DNA of 64,000 nucleotides. It comes from Paramecium tetraurelia (lineage: Eukaryota). Both the position numbers and the translations under genes were made by a program. Shown here piece after piece: positions 26,584 to 40,384 of the stretch (position 1 is its first letter; each line of letters starts with the position of its first letter). The stretch covers positions 248,001-312,000 of the forward strand of contig CT868108.1 in NCBI GenBank assembly GCA_000165425.1, in the 5' to 3' direction. The notes beneath the pieces were generated by a model. It ran no database searches, had not been told where the DNA came from, and was given only the letters and a program-made list of their open reading frames with translations.

Positions 26584-27173
26584 ATGAAATATTAAATCGC
26601 CAATAATTCACCTATTAAATCTAAATAATTAAGTCTTAATATATAGATTCATAGAATTAAATATTAGAACGAAGTTCATGTTCGAATTTCGCATATGATA
26701 GATGATTTATATTAAGAGAGAGTTTATAACTTCTAGTTCTAATAGTGTAAAAACAACAATTGAAGAGATGTAGAAAAAAAAGAAGAAAATATAAATGAAA
26801 GAGTAAGATTACTGTTGTATGCAAGAAGATTGAACCTACTGTTTAAAACTATACAAAATTAATTAGAATTTTAGAATCTTCAATAAAAAACTAACAATGT
26901 TATTTGTTATGATTGTGGTTCATAGAAACACACACTCAAAAGATTGCTAATTACCTAGAGTTTGTTCATTGAAATTTACTAATTGTTTTATTTAGAGAGT
27001 AACCACATTAGTAGGGATTGTCTCAAGAATTAGAAACTATTATATCTATATGAGAGTAGATGCTATATAGGATTAGTAGTGATCAGACATTAGTGAACTG
27101 TCCTTAGAATCTTAAGAATAGGATCATCTCATTATATTAATAATAATAATAGGATGACTACATGAGTGATTGA
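26584..27173 (+). pseudogene. Degenerate CCHC zinc-knuckle gene (possible pseudogene or sequencing errors)
   Basis: VICYDCGSQKHTLK then DC in a shifted frame; further knuckle remnants (NHISRDC, RCYI) in inconsistent frames. Confidence 0.35.
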
Positions 27174-27196
27174 TACTATATATATTTTTAATAATA

Positions 27197-30100
27197 ATGA
27201 ATTTATCAACTTACAGTATTCGATCAAGAAGCAAACGGACATGGAGTAATTCTAGGTATATAGATAACCATTATGACTCCAAATTACATTCAACACCATT
27301 TCTACCTTGTGGATTAAAGTATGAAACATCTACTAACTAGCGACTCGAAATAGATTGTATATAGTGACATTGGATTGAGCGAGGTTAGAACTAATTGCAC
27401 AAAGCTCAAAAATTTCTAAGATCTAGAACAACGCAATATTTCGGTAAAGGAAATGATAACCAAATAAGCTAACTGGAGACCTTTTATTGAATTTTAAGAT
27501 AAATCAGATGAAATGGTTGTTACGATAGAATATTGGTAACTATAATCTGATATTTCAATAGCACCAATTGCAAAGAGCATTAGAGATCGACTCGACATAA
27601 TGAAGAACAATACTTATCCTATGCATTACTCATTAAACAATCAATCTTACTCAACTATCCAGATATTAAAGTGTATCTGAAACCTTTAGTTTTTGATAAT
27701 GACAAAACTATCACTTCACTCTTCCTTCAGAGACGCATAGGAGCTTTTGAAGTCTAATTTTAAGCCAATGGCTAACAATCATAATTATTTAGCAAGTTAC
27801 AATCCAAATCTTGGCCCAATGTCAATGATATTCTTAAAGCCATTCATTAACAATTCAAAAAAACTAATCTACTAATTTAATTAGTCTATAATGATGGCGA
27901 TGCAAACCTAAAAGGGATTAATGTAACTATGCAATCAATCCAAAATAAACAACTTGCATCAAGTTAACATTTGCGTCCTCAAAGCAGACTCTCAGAAAAT
28001 AGATCATGCAAATCAACTTCACTTCATAGACAACGAGCCTTATCCCAATAAAGCAATATTGTAAGATATAGTGAGAAATCTGATTCGTAAGGCAGAGTCT
28101 TATTCTTGAATCTTCCAATAGACAGATACGAAATCTCTATTCAAGAATCCACTAATAATCAACTATTCAATGAAGTAGTCACCTTATAAGAACTAGTAAG
28201 AACAGATGGAGCATACCATCAAATAAAACTGTCAAAACCTAAATTAGCATTATTAAGAGTAGAAGTAGTAGGACCACAACAATAAACAGATGTTATGGTT
28301 CCTTTTACAGATACTCAAGTGCATATCATTCAGAATTAGGAGAGGATGCTACTTAAGGAAATCTCTGATTGTTCAGGAATTTATGAAGGCTCTCTTGATC
28401 CAGGCAGATACACACTTGTAGTAAGCAAATATGGCTTTGAATCTGTTTAACAATTTGTAGAGTTAAGTGGCGGGAACAATACCGTTAAAATCCAAATTAC
28501 AACAAGATGCACCGAAATCTCCACTCTTCTTAATTAAAATACTAATCAAACCTTAATTAACTCAAGTTTCATATCCAAAAAAAAGAAGACTATTAAACCA
28601 CCATAATAGGTCAATTTAAAAATACTATCCCTTCTTGAAGTTGGTTAAATGTACGTATTTGACTATTTTTCAGAGTAAATTATTGGAAAGGCCAAAATTA
28701 TTATCACTGATTCTATTTCTAATAAAATAATCACTTGCACTACAAACAGCTAAGGTCATGCTAAATTGTTATTCAATTACTTAAACAAAGGAACTATTAA
28801 AGTAGAACATGAAGAATTTTATACACTTGACATGACTTATGGAGTAAATGAAGAGGTTGATTTAAAAAGCTCTAGAAATACATTTAAACTAATTAAGAAA
28901 ACTAATATTTTGTCAATCATCTCTGATAACAATATTGAAATTTATTAAAATGATTAAAGAATTCGAAAACAATTAAATCATTCAAACATATGCTTTTTTG
29001 AAATTTCCAGTGATCACCCTTAACTATTATACATTATCATAGAGAATTAGAAATTCCAAGAACTGCTATTGAAGGTCCTCTTATCAGAAGAAGTAATTAC
29101 CATCAAATAACCTGATATCGATCTCTTAACCTTCCCTTAATTTTGGATTTTAGGAATATGTGGTAAATCAGATTGTCAATTATACGTCATAAATGAAATT
29201 GTATCTCATTTAGAATTTCGAAACTTTTATGACGATTTAGAGAAACATAATTAAAACGTTACAAAAGTATTTTCTTCAGATTGCTACCAAACATAACAAA
29301 AATTGATATGGAAGAATCAATTCATTGATATTAGTAAATTACAAATTGTCGATGTGCTACCCAATTGTGATGAGCAGCCCATTATATTTACAAATCAAAA
29401 TGCAATTATTGAAGGCAATTCAATCTAATTAGGGTCATTTTCATAGGAACAACAATGTAATATTATATTGACAAATTAACAAGTTATGTAACAATAGCCT
29501 TTCAAAAATAGTAATGCTTTAATCATTAAAGTACAAATAATTCATAAAGATATATATGTTTATTATGAAAGTTGTGCATTTGTGGCAATTTATGATTCAT
29601 CATTAAAATAAAAAGGATATGCAAAATTGGACAGTTATCATTGTCAAGATTTTGAAACTAATCAATTAGTGGCTGTTGGATAATCTCATTTTACATTATA
29701 TTAATTATAGATAACCACAATAAATGTATTGTTTTAATTAAAAAAATAATGTATTAGCCACAACTAAGTGAGAATAAGCTAAAACGATTAAGATTAATAA
29801 AATTTACTTTTTGGTAGGGAAGATGGAGTATTATCAATTTACAGCTATAATTTATAAGAATTAGATCATCTGAAACTCTCAATGGAGCCTTTGTAATAAA
29901 TCCTTATTTAGAAAAATTAAATATTGGCCAGGGATAATTAGATCATTTATTTACTCGAATAAGATGAAGAAAAAAAATATTATGTCAAAAATTAAATATA
30001 GATATTCAAAAAATACATGTATTTATTTCTAATTTGGTAGTTTATATATGAATCCATAAGAAACATGTCTGCAAGTTTTAACAAATAGTCATGTATTATA

Positions 30101-31393
30101 TTATAATGATATTTCAACACACAGATAATATAAATAAGAGACTGACCATTCAAGATTAATTCTCATAGGATCTACGAATTCTTATGCTCCAAAATGCTAT
30201 TATAAAAGTAACTATTTACTTGAATTTTAGATAGACAAGAAACAACCTTAAAATTGGAAAATGATATATGGTATGTGGATTTATTGGATGAAAATGTTAG
30301 ATTTGGGTTATAAGTGAAAGGACATATTTAAGGAATTAAAATATTATTACAATCGAAGTATTGTGTTACAGATCTAGGAGATTACAAAATCAAGAGAAGC
30401 AAAGGTTTATGGATGTTTGGATTCCTTACATATAATAACCAAGAACATAAAGTTCATACAATTGAAAATCAATTTTAGGATGAATAACAATTCTAATATG
30501 AAATAGTGGTTGAGACTGAGCATTCTTCAATATAAGATGACAATCTATTCATCCACTCCACTTAAGAGGGGTTCTCAATTTTGAATACGATCACCACTTA
30601 GAAGATTTAAGACTTTTATTTAGAAACTCCTATTTCTTTACTTAAGTTATGTAACAATACTCTAATAATTGGATTACAAAATGGAAAGGTGTAATTGTAT
30701 AAAAAGGAATCATAATAAACATATTTTAAATATCAAGAACTGCAAATTAGTGATAAAAACATTATTGATGTTTAGATTATGGACTCCTCCTTGTTGATTT
30801 CGACGGAGGATAAAAAGTTGATTATGCTTAGCATTCCTAATGAATACAAAATTGAATATCAAGTAACATTTATATATGAATATGTAGGAAACATTTGACA
30901 AATCATATATTAACAATATAATACTTTACAATAAGAATTAAATGTTGACAACTCAAGTTGATGGAAGATTAAGATTATGGAAGCGAGAAAGATAGGGGTA
31001 ATCATTTTAATTAAATTAAACTCGAACTATTTAAGCAATGAAATAAATATCTAAAATATAATAAGTTCCCTGGGAAACTTAGAATGTCTTAGTGGGTGGT
31101 GATACTTTAATATTGCTGAATGCTGAGAATGGAAAATAAATAAAATAATATACGAATAGTAGTGTCTAGTAGAATAAAATAGTATGTATATAATGTATTT
31201 GGAATAACATTATATTGAGTGGAAATTCTAATGGCTAAGTTATTAAATAGAATTAGTACTTTATATATTAATATCTAATAGTGGAAATGGAGAATTACTA
31301 TAAGTGATAGTGATTGAAGAAGGAGTGAAAAATCTCTTTGTCAACAACCAATATTTCTTAATCCATAGCAACAAGAAACTATATGTATAATGA
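27197..31393 (+). CDS. Large hypothetical protein with carboxypeptidase-regulatory/PEGA-like beta domains and C-terminal WD40-like repeats (may be more than one gene)
   Basis: SDCSGIYEGSLDPGRYTLVVSKYGFESVQQFVEL near 28365-28460; LIIGLQNGKVQLY, LTTQVDGRLRLWK and ILSGNSNGQV near 30660-31240. Confidence 0.5.
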
Positions 31394-31673
31394 ATAATTC
31401 TCAACATTTTTGACATTTATAAATCAACAGATTTATTTTCTAAAATGTTTATATCAAGAAAAAATAATTCTAATTAATTATTACTGAGAATTTTCTTATT
31501 CTTATAAGAATAGTTATTTAGTAAATATGTAGATATTCATATATAATATTTGAATTCAAAAACATTGCTATTTGTATTGTTTTACGATGGGATTTTAGAA
31601 TTCAACTAAAATTGATTCACAACTGAAAGGTCAGGATTGTTTTTAATATTAATAATTTATTAAATTTCACACA

Positions 31674-32859
31674 ATGATAATCGACATTGAAGATAAAGAA
31701 ATTGATGAAAAACGTGAAATTCCAATATACCCTCTTCTCTAACCAGAGCAAAATATAATAGAAGTTAGAAATGTTCATAAAACCTACTTATTGGGATTAG
31801 AGGGTGTTACTGCATTAAGAGGTTCAATATTTATCAATAATTTCTTAGGTGTATCTTTTAATGTGCAGGAAAGAGAATTCATAACTATCTTAGGTACTTC
31901 TGGGTGTGGCAAGACTACTCTACTTAATTTATTAGGTAGTATAGATTTACCAACAAAAGTAATATCGATTATCCTAATCTAAAATAGGGCGATGTGAGAA
32001 TTTGTGGTCAGAGAATTAGGGCCTCTACAGAAGATAAATTCCTTGCTTCACTAAGATTATCTTCTTTGGGATTCGTTTTCTAAACTTTCAATCTTATATC
32101 ATCATTGACAGCATAAGAGAATGTGGAATTGCCTATGATTCTCAAAGGGACATTGAGTAAAAACGAAATTAAAAATAATGCTCGGATGTTATTAGAATAA
32201 GTAGGTTTGGGCACTCGATTGAATCATTACCCAAATCAATTGTCAGGAGGAGGTACAATTAATATTTAGAATTAGAATAACAAAGAGTTACAATAGCAAG
32301 AGCATTAGCTAATAATCCATCCATCTTATTGTTGGATGAGCCAACTGGAGATCTTGACACAAAGAATTCAGATTTGATAATGAAGATTATCATTGATTTG
32401 AATATCGAAAAGGGTATTACCATCATAATGGTTACGCATGATACTAATTTAAAAAACTATTCCTCAAGGACAATCAGAATGCTTGATGGCAAAGTAGCTA
32501 ATGATGAAGTAATATTACTGAACTATTTCATATTAGAAAAATGACGAGCAGAATAGAAGAAAACATATTGATGATTTGGCTAAAGTGGTGAGATAATATC
32601 AAGACATCAATTTTGGTGTACGCGCAGGAACTGTTGATGAAAATAGACAAAAGTAATATTAAATAGCTAATTTGATAGTGGATCCAAAACAGAAAAGAGA
32701 TAGCCCAAAAATTACAAAGTCTTGAACCACCTTTATATTTCAAATAGTGCATCAAATAATAGATAGGATTTTAATCCATAAATTTAGTAATTCAACACAC
32801 CTGTTCAAACATAAAATCCAAATCTATTTATCTAAAACAAAGATTCGATCTAAGAATGA
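31674..32859 (+). CDS. Stand-alone ABC ATPase of the LolD/MacB/SalX type
   Basis: IEVRNVHKTY, Walker A GTSGCGKT, GFVFQTFNL, ENVELP, PNQLSGGEQQRVTIARAL, LLLDEPTGDLD, MVTHD; five micro-introns; no TM domain. Confidence 0.93.
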
Positions 32860-33838
32860 AATTTTAGTTTTAGTATATTTTATATTCAACTCTAGAAATA
32901 ATTCACTTATTTATCTTAATTGCTCTTTAAAGCCTTAATATTATTTATTCATTATTATGCATCCTAAATTTCAAAATTCTAACTCTTATGATTGCTATCT
33001 ATAAACTCTCATTTGATATATAAGTGGTCTTAAAAACATCCTAATTCCTTATATATGAATAGATACATTTACATTTGCCTTTCAGAAGAACCGAATCACC
33101 TCAAAAATATTAGTGATTTCTTATAAAAAACAGATTTTTATTATTATATATACTTTATATTAAATATTTATAATAATGAAAATTATCCTTTACATAATTT
33201 GCAAATTAGTCTATAAGGCTATGAATTTATAAAATAGTTAACTTAGTTCTCTATGAACAATGGACAATTAAAATTATAAAGAAAATTTAAACTGTCAATA
33301 GAAATTTCCAATTTGGAGCTTTTAAGAGTGTAATAAGACTAGAATCCTTGCATTGTAATAAAAATTTAATAACCTTTTAGATACTTAGGAAAGCTACCCA
33401 AAAGAAAGGAAATTAAACGTTTATTCGAAAGAAGTAGAAGTATAAGATAGGTTTAATCTTTCACTTATAATGTTGAGACATTTGTTTTCAAAACTTAAGT
33501 GTCAAAAGTCATCATTAAAAATTATCAGTAATTTATAATATCATAGATGATAATGGGGAATAAAAATTTAATAAAAGAATCTTAGACTACATTTTACAGT
33601 TATATAAAGTGTATCCAAAGTCTAGTATTAATAATATACTGACATTATTGATTTATGAGGATAAAATAGAGGAAATATTGATGGTATAATTAATGACCAA
33701 GATTGATCAATAATTATTATTTAAGGATTATTTAATTATTATTTATTTTATATTATTTGATGTGTATATCTATAGTTGATCAGAAATTGTATGAATCAAC
33801 GCATTAATGTTATTTTGATAATTTTTGAAATTATTAAT

Positions 33839-35997
33839 ATGATTAGAAATTTAATAAAGAAAGCCGATCTGCTTGTTGATCCCTATGAATTTAATATTTC
33901 ATAAAAAGAGAAATCTTTAACTCCAATAGGTTTTATATAATTTTAGTTTTTAGGAGGTTTCATAAGTATGCTCCTCTTAATTTTCACTTCTTTTTACATC
34001 GTTGGAGTATTTCAAAGAAGTATTCAAAATCAGAACACGATCTATGCTGGTACAGAAAGTGACAAAAACACCTAATTTATATTGAGTAATGAAAATACGA
34101 TATTTTCCATTGAATTATCTACTCTAGATGGAAAAATTTTGAACAATAATACAAATGTTAAAGAGTAAATATAAGATGATTATTCTAGTTATTTTACACT
34201 AACTGCATAGTATATTCAATAATAAAGAGTAGAAGGTAAAATAGGATTTACAAGAAATTACAGTTCATTAAATTAATCCAAATGTTCAACAGATAAGGTC
34301 CAATAATTCAATTTTAATTCAGCATCAATGACTGAAGAATAAAAAGAAAATTTAATTTGTTTTGATGGTGATTTCAAATTACAAGGACAATTCTACGAAC
34401 CATATTTTGCTTACATCAAATTAACTATAAGTGTATGCAACAACTCAACCAGCAAAACATGTAAGACTTCTAAAGAGATTGAAAGTTTTATCAATAAAGG
34501 GTAAGGATGTTAATTAACATAAGCGTTAATGTGGATATGTTCATAAAAGGGTCGAAAATTAAACAATCCTTAAATAGTTCAAGTCCAGCAGATATATTCT
34601 CCACTAATATTTTCTGGAGATTAACAACTGGTATTGGTGACAATGAAGATATTTATATGCAACCATTATAAATGGATTTAAGTAAAATACATTTAAATAA
34701 CTAAGAAAAAATATAATTTTTCAGCGATATTTTTAACATTGAAAATTCCGAGAGACTATATAATGGGTCAGTAGTTCAACGGTAAGAAAGGAGACAAGAA
34801 CCTATATCGATAAATTCAGGAGTAGGATTATGCACGTTTTATCTCAGGTATTACCTTAATGAAAATTTTAGAGCTTCATCTGATACTTCCTTTTACTTTG
34901 TAATACAATAAGATATGCCCTCTATTATATTATCTGCTGTTTCTGAAGCAACTGCTTTATTTTTGGCTGTTATGCAAATAGTCAAAATATTTTATAGAGT
35001 TTATAATCAGCATAAGACCTTTGAAATATTGATGAATTCGGTTTTTAAATTTGATTTAAAAAGTGTTTAAAAAAGGAAATAATCATATGTTAATTAATAA
35101 TCATAAACACCTGGGAAGATGTAGTCATCAGTAAAGAATACAAAAAAACTATTACAACAGGTAATTTTTGCATCTTATCAAGATCCTTGATTATACAATA
35201 AATTACTCATTTTCTTAATACATATTTTACATCATAAGGAAATACTTCAAAAGCTGTAAAAAAAATATTGAAGATGAAAAAGAATTGGTGATTTCGTAAA
35301 TAGCTAAATCTAAGATTGAATTCGATTTAGATTTAACTAATATTTTAAAAAAATTATATGAGATAGATTGCCTAAAATTATTTTTGTTTGATGATGATCA
35401 ACTTTTGCTATTCAATTCATTTTGTTCGCCTGTGTTTTAAGATTAAATGACTGATCAGAAAGAGTTATTTGATATTTTGACTGCTAGCAAATAAAATAAA
35501 TCGATAAATCAATTACAATTAAATTAAGCTCATATAGATAATAATTAAAATATTATCAAGTATGCAGCCACTTCAACAAGTAATAATGTACGATAATCTT
35601 TCTAGTTCCAATTAATGTCAGATTAGCAAAACTGACGAGATTCTTTAAGGCTTAACTTGGAGCAGAAAATGCTTAAGATTTAGTAGATAATTTTTAAAAG
35701 ATCACTGAAAATAAGAATAAAAATTGGTAGCTTAATCATTAATTAATGCAATTTGCTATGTAGAATAAAAGCTTGTTTAATCTTGTTTAATAAAATTATA
35801 CAACAAATCTACAATAGTAAAATGAGGATGAGCAAAAATATTTAGAAGATCAAATTAGATTAGATGTACCTAATGAATTGGAAGAAGGTAGGAAAAACTC
35901 TGAAGTAGTTGGTAGCAAGGAATCAGGACAAAGTTTAAAGGATCTAGAGATACACCAATCTCCAGATTGTTTATAGAACAGACTTTAACAACCTTGA
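33839..35997 (+). CDS. Ciliate-type two-TM membrane protein, paralog A
   Basis: KKADLLVDPYEFN...SLTPIGGFIS-TM; loop LQGQFYEPYFAYIKLTISVCNNSTSKTCK; cytosolic DLDLTNILKKLYEIDCLKLFLFDDDQL. Confidence 0.75.
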
Positions 35998-36038
35998 TTT
36001 GCAATTGATATTTATAAGATGAATTTATATTAATGATA

Positions 36039-37206
36039 TCATTTTTTAATTTTGGTCAAAAGATATTTAGCTAATACAATTAATGAACCATCTGCCTGAC
36101 AAATATCTTCCATTATAGATTAGGGTAAAAGTTCATTGGTTACATGGTAAATAGCCTCATCTCTAAGCACATTTTGTCTTTCCTTCTCCAAATAATATAA
36201 GGATTCATCTAATAATGATTCGAAAACATTAGATAAATAAGATTTCACACTGAATTTAAATGCATTGACTTTAAAATCATCGCTAAAATATAGGATTCAT
36301 CTATACCAATCGTAATAATCAGGATGATCAGGATCTAGATCTTTACTCTTATATTAAATGGCTCTTTTTCTTAAATATGCATCTCTATTTTCTTAGCATT
36401 TAATTTCTGCTATTCCTATGAATCTTTATTATTTGCTAATTATACTTCTTATGATCCGCATTATCTATTTAGAATTGAATGCTTAATAATGAATTAGGTA
36501 TTGATTTCAAAAACAGTTCTTTAGTTTGCACATCCCACACTTCTTTTGGATCCTCTTGAAATCCAATATGTGATAATTCATGTTTTTATTATGACAAATA
36601 TCTAAGAGCTTTATTGCCAAGCACTCCAAAGTCTACTTCTTCCAAGAAATGCAATTGTTCCATTAAAATACTAATAGAAATAGCCATAGACTTACTTAGA
36701 ACTATGACCTAAATTGCAATTCGTTAGAATTAACTTCTTTAATTTACTATTAGGGATTGCTTTGCCTAACTCCAATCCTCCGATATAAGAAATTTTAGTA
36801 TCACTTAATATCAATGATGATATTGGAAGTTTTTAAATCAACACTGATAATCGAATCACAGTCTAATAAAAGTCATCAGATGATAACATACTTGATCGCT
36901 AATATTTTATTTAGTGAAATCAATTTCGCCATCAAATTTAACATTTTCTAAATCCCTTAATAAACCTTCTAAATCTTGATCATTCAATTTGAAATCTAAT
37001 TCTGGTATTTTTTTATCTGTTTATACTATTTTTTAATCATCTTATTCAACTTTTTATTCTTGTTCAATCTATAACTGCTATTCGATATATTTATCAAAAT
37101 TAAAATCTATGCATCTCAAATCATCACCATTTTCATCTGGAATCTGTAATCCTTATTACAAAAATATTCTATATCTTGCTATTTTACCAAGGAGTTATTC
37201 TTTCAT
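36039..37206 (-). CDS. Hypothetical protein with RNI-like leucine-rich repeats
   Basis: IDFTKQNISDQTVIRLSVLIQKLPISSLILSDTKISYIGGLELGKAI; TGA at 36039-36041. Confidence 0.55.
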
Positions 37207-37228
37207 GTTAATTATTTATTTAATTTTT

Positions 37229-38329
37229 ATGAATCCTTAAAAAGTAAGAAATGGACCCAATTTCATGTAATAACTTAATAAGAAAAAACATGTAGATTGC
37301 GCTTTGAGTTCAAACTCTGATTCATCTGATGACGAAGTTGATGAAATTGTTGCAATCAAAAAAGATGTCCAAAAACAAGTAATCATTCCTAAAAATCTTA
37401 GAGATTCTCAGTCTCTGCTGAAGCTTATGGATAATTCAATAAAAAGGAGAACTTTAAAGCCAAATTTATTCCTAAAAGTAAGGAGCAATCTGAACGAATT
37501 AAGCAAAGAATGCAAGCAGGATTCATGTTTAGTGCTTTAAATGAAAAGGAAATTGAAATTGTTGTTGGTGCCATGGAAGAAAAGATCTTCCATAAAGCAG
37601 AATATGTAATTAAATAGGGAGAAGAAGGAAATGTACTCTATGTTGTCGACACAGGAGAATTGGATTGTTTTAAGAATTATGGCAAAGGAGATGTCCTTCT
37701 TAAAACATACTATCCAGGAGAAAGTTTTGGTGAATTAGCATTATTATTTTAATCTCCAAGAGTATCTTTTTCTATGAATTCATTAGGCTGCATCCATCAT
37801 CGTAAAAAGCGATAAAGCTATACTTTGGTAATTGGATAGAGAAACATTCAATCTAATTGTGAAAGAAGCATCTATCAAAAAGAGACAATAATTCGAAACG
37901 TACTTAAAATATTTATAAATCAAGTTTTCTTGAAAATTGGGATTTGCTAAAAGAAATTAAAGATCCATATGATAAATTGAAAATGAGTGATGCATTATTT
38001 GAAAAGTAATATAAAAAAGGAGATGTAATACTGTAATAAGGATAAAAAAGCTAAGAAATATTTATATTAGAATAAGGAAGAGTGAGTGTGAATAAAAATA
38101 ATTGTAAAATTCTATAAATATCATAGAAACATTATTTGAATTGACAAAATTGGGGGATTATTTTGGAGATTAAAGCATAGTAGCTGGCACATTAGAATCA
38201 TTTAGTTATGTGGCAGAAGGTGATATGAAATTGATGTATATCCCTAAGAAAAGTTATTCGTCAACTCTCAAAGAAATAGAAAGTACTTTATTGAAGAATA
38301 TTTAAACTAAGTATGGAAAATATTAATGA
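37229..38329 (+). CDS. PKA regulatory-subunit-like protein with two cyclic-nucleotide-binding domains
   Basis: VIKQGEEGNVLYVVDTGEL, GESFGELALLFQSPRAASI, LWQLDRETF; second CNB domain GDVILQQG...GDYFGD. Confidence 0.85.
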
Positions 38330-38690
38330 TATTATATATTAAAGTATTAAAATATTTTGATTTATATAAATATTATTACCTCAAATTTATTCATTCTCAT
38401 TAAGATTTACATTCCTTTAACATTTTAATGAATGATAATTACTTTTAAAGTATTTCATAGAAAATTCAACTCTTAAAATATCATTTTTTTGTGATTGTCA
38501 AATTCATTAATAATCATTTATTTTGTTTGGATGCCAAAATTTAATATATATAATCGAAATTCAAATTTTTAAGATATTTTATATGATATTAAATTTTCTT
38601 AAAGAATAATTCGCATTAGATTTACAAATCTACACAGAAGTATTTTTGGTGCATTCAACAATCATATAGTAAATAAATTAATTTTACAAA

Positions 38691-40027
38691 ATGGATGAGT
38701 AAATTATATAGGAATTCTCACGGGGAATTGATTATTAATATTCACAACATAGGGTTCATGTAAAATAGATGTCTTCATATTCTGGTTAATGGCTAGAAAA
38801 ATGATATTAAATATACAATTGAATCATAAATTAATGTAAAGTTCGAAAGAAGGCCAAAGGAATTTTTCCACTTAAGTTTCGTAATCTACAGACACAAATG
38901 AGATTGGAGTTATCGAGGATTCTACATTACTGGAAAGAATAAGAGCAGCATATAAGGATATTTTCGCCTAATCATCCTTCTCATCACTAAAAAATTACTA
39001 ATTCTAGAATGACATTGTAACAGGAGAAGTATAAACAGTAATTATATTAAAAGCCAACAAAAGTGCTTTCATGCGCCTTCGATAATACAACTTAATTCTT
39101 AGCTTCAGCTAACTCTGACGGTCTCGTAAATATTGCGTATTTGGGGAAAGATTACACAATAGTTCCATTATCAGATCCCAAATAGAAACCAGGTCCAGCC
39201 ACATGCGTCAAATGGAGACCTGGTTAAGTTGTAGAGCAATTAAAGCATACATTATTATCAACATACGCTAATGGAAGTATTATATATTGGCATGCGACAT
39301 CTAAATAATCATTGTTTAATTTAGAAGATAAGGATAATCAAATCAATTGTTGTGAATTCTCCTTGGATGGAGATAAGTTTGTAATAGGTGGTTCTGATTG
39401 TCCAGGTTAAACTTTATGATTGCGGAAAATTGAGTAAGGCTCCTACTACTTTTGTGGAAGGACAATCTGCTGTTCATTAGAATCGGATATTTGGTATGAA
39501 ATTTAATTAGGGAGATCACAATTAACTCTATACAGGAGGATGGGATAAAATGGTGATTTAATGGGATTTAAGACAAAAGAAATCAACTGGTTATATCTTT
39601 GGCCCTTGTGTCTATGGAGACTCTATGGATTCAAAAGGATTTTAATTGATCACTGCATCCTATAGAGATGAAAAACAATTAGAAATTTGGGACACTAGAA
39701 CTTTAAATAAATTATAGACTATTGAATGGGCTGAGTATGCAAATAATGTTTAAGGATTACTACCTAAACACAATGTTAGTAAATTGTATGCTTGTAAGTT
39801 TGACAAGAGAACCAACTATATTTATGCTGCAAACGCTGGAAGGTAATCAATAATATCATTTAAGTGTATTTTCTGAAATAAGACAGTTTGATTCCTAGTA
39901 TAGGTGTGTTGATACATATTGCTGTTCATTAAGTGGGGTAATGACAATCGATTATAATACAAGTTACAATAAATTAAGTTATGGAACTTCAGATGGTAAA
40001 TTGGGTGTACTGAATTTAGTAAATTGA
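38691..40027 (+). CDS. WD40-repeat protein (one apparent frameshift near 39401)
   Basis: CEFSLDGDKFVIGGSD, HQNRIFGMKF...LYTGGWDKMVIQWDLRQ, IFGPCVYGDSMD, QLEIWDTR. Confidence 0.8.
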
Positions 40028-40384
40028 TATTAGTACAAATATTTATAAATTCATTTATACGAATGCGAGAAGACTTTTTTATTAGATGTTTTGTTCAAAT
40101 ATTCTTTAGTAATATAAATAGAAATAGTTGGATAGATTAAATATAGAGTATCAAATTTGCAGTATCTTGTCTCTAATATTCTTCTATATTTATTGCAAAG
40201 TCTTGATTTATTCTAAATTTTGATTTATCTTTTGCGATAGATAATAATATTTTTTGTTAGTTCTTTTTTGATTGCAAATAGTAACTTATCTTTCATCAGT
40301 TATCTAATGAATTTTCGAAAAGTAATTATTGATAATAAGTTACATAGAAGCAGAGTAATGTATTTCAGGAATAATAATTATAAT

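Noticed and set aside
32860..33838. AT-rich stretches as retained IESs or transposon remnants (also 14250-14880 and 38330-38690)
   Set aside because: No terminal inverted repeats, transposase motifs or interrupted gene were seen; TA-bounded segments cannot be called without germline/somatic comparison.
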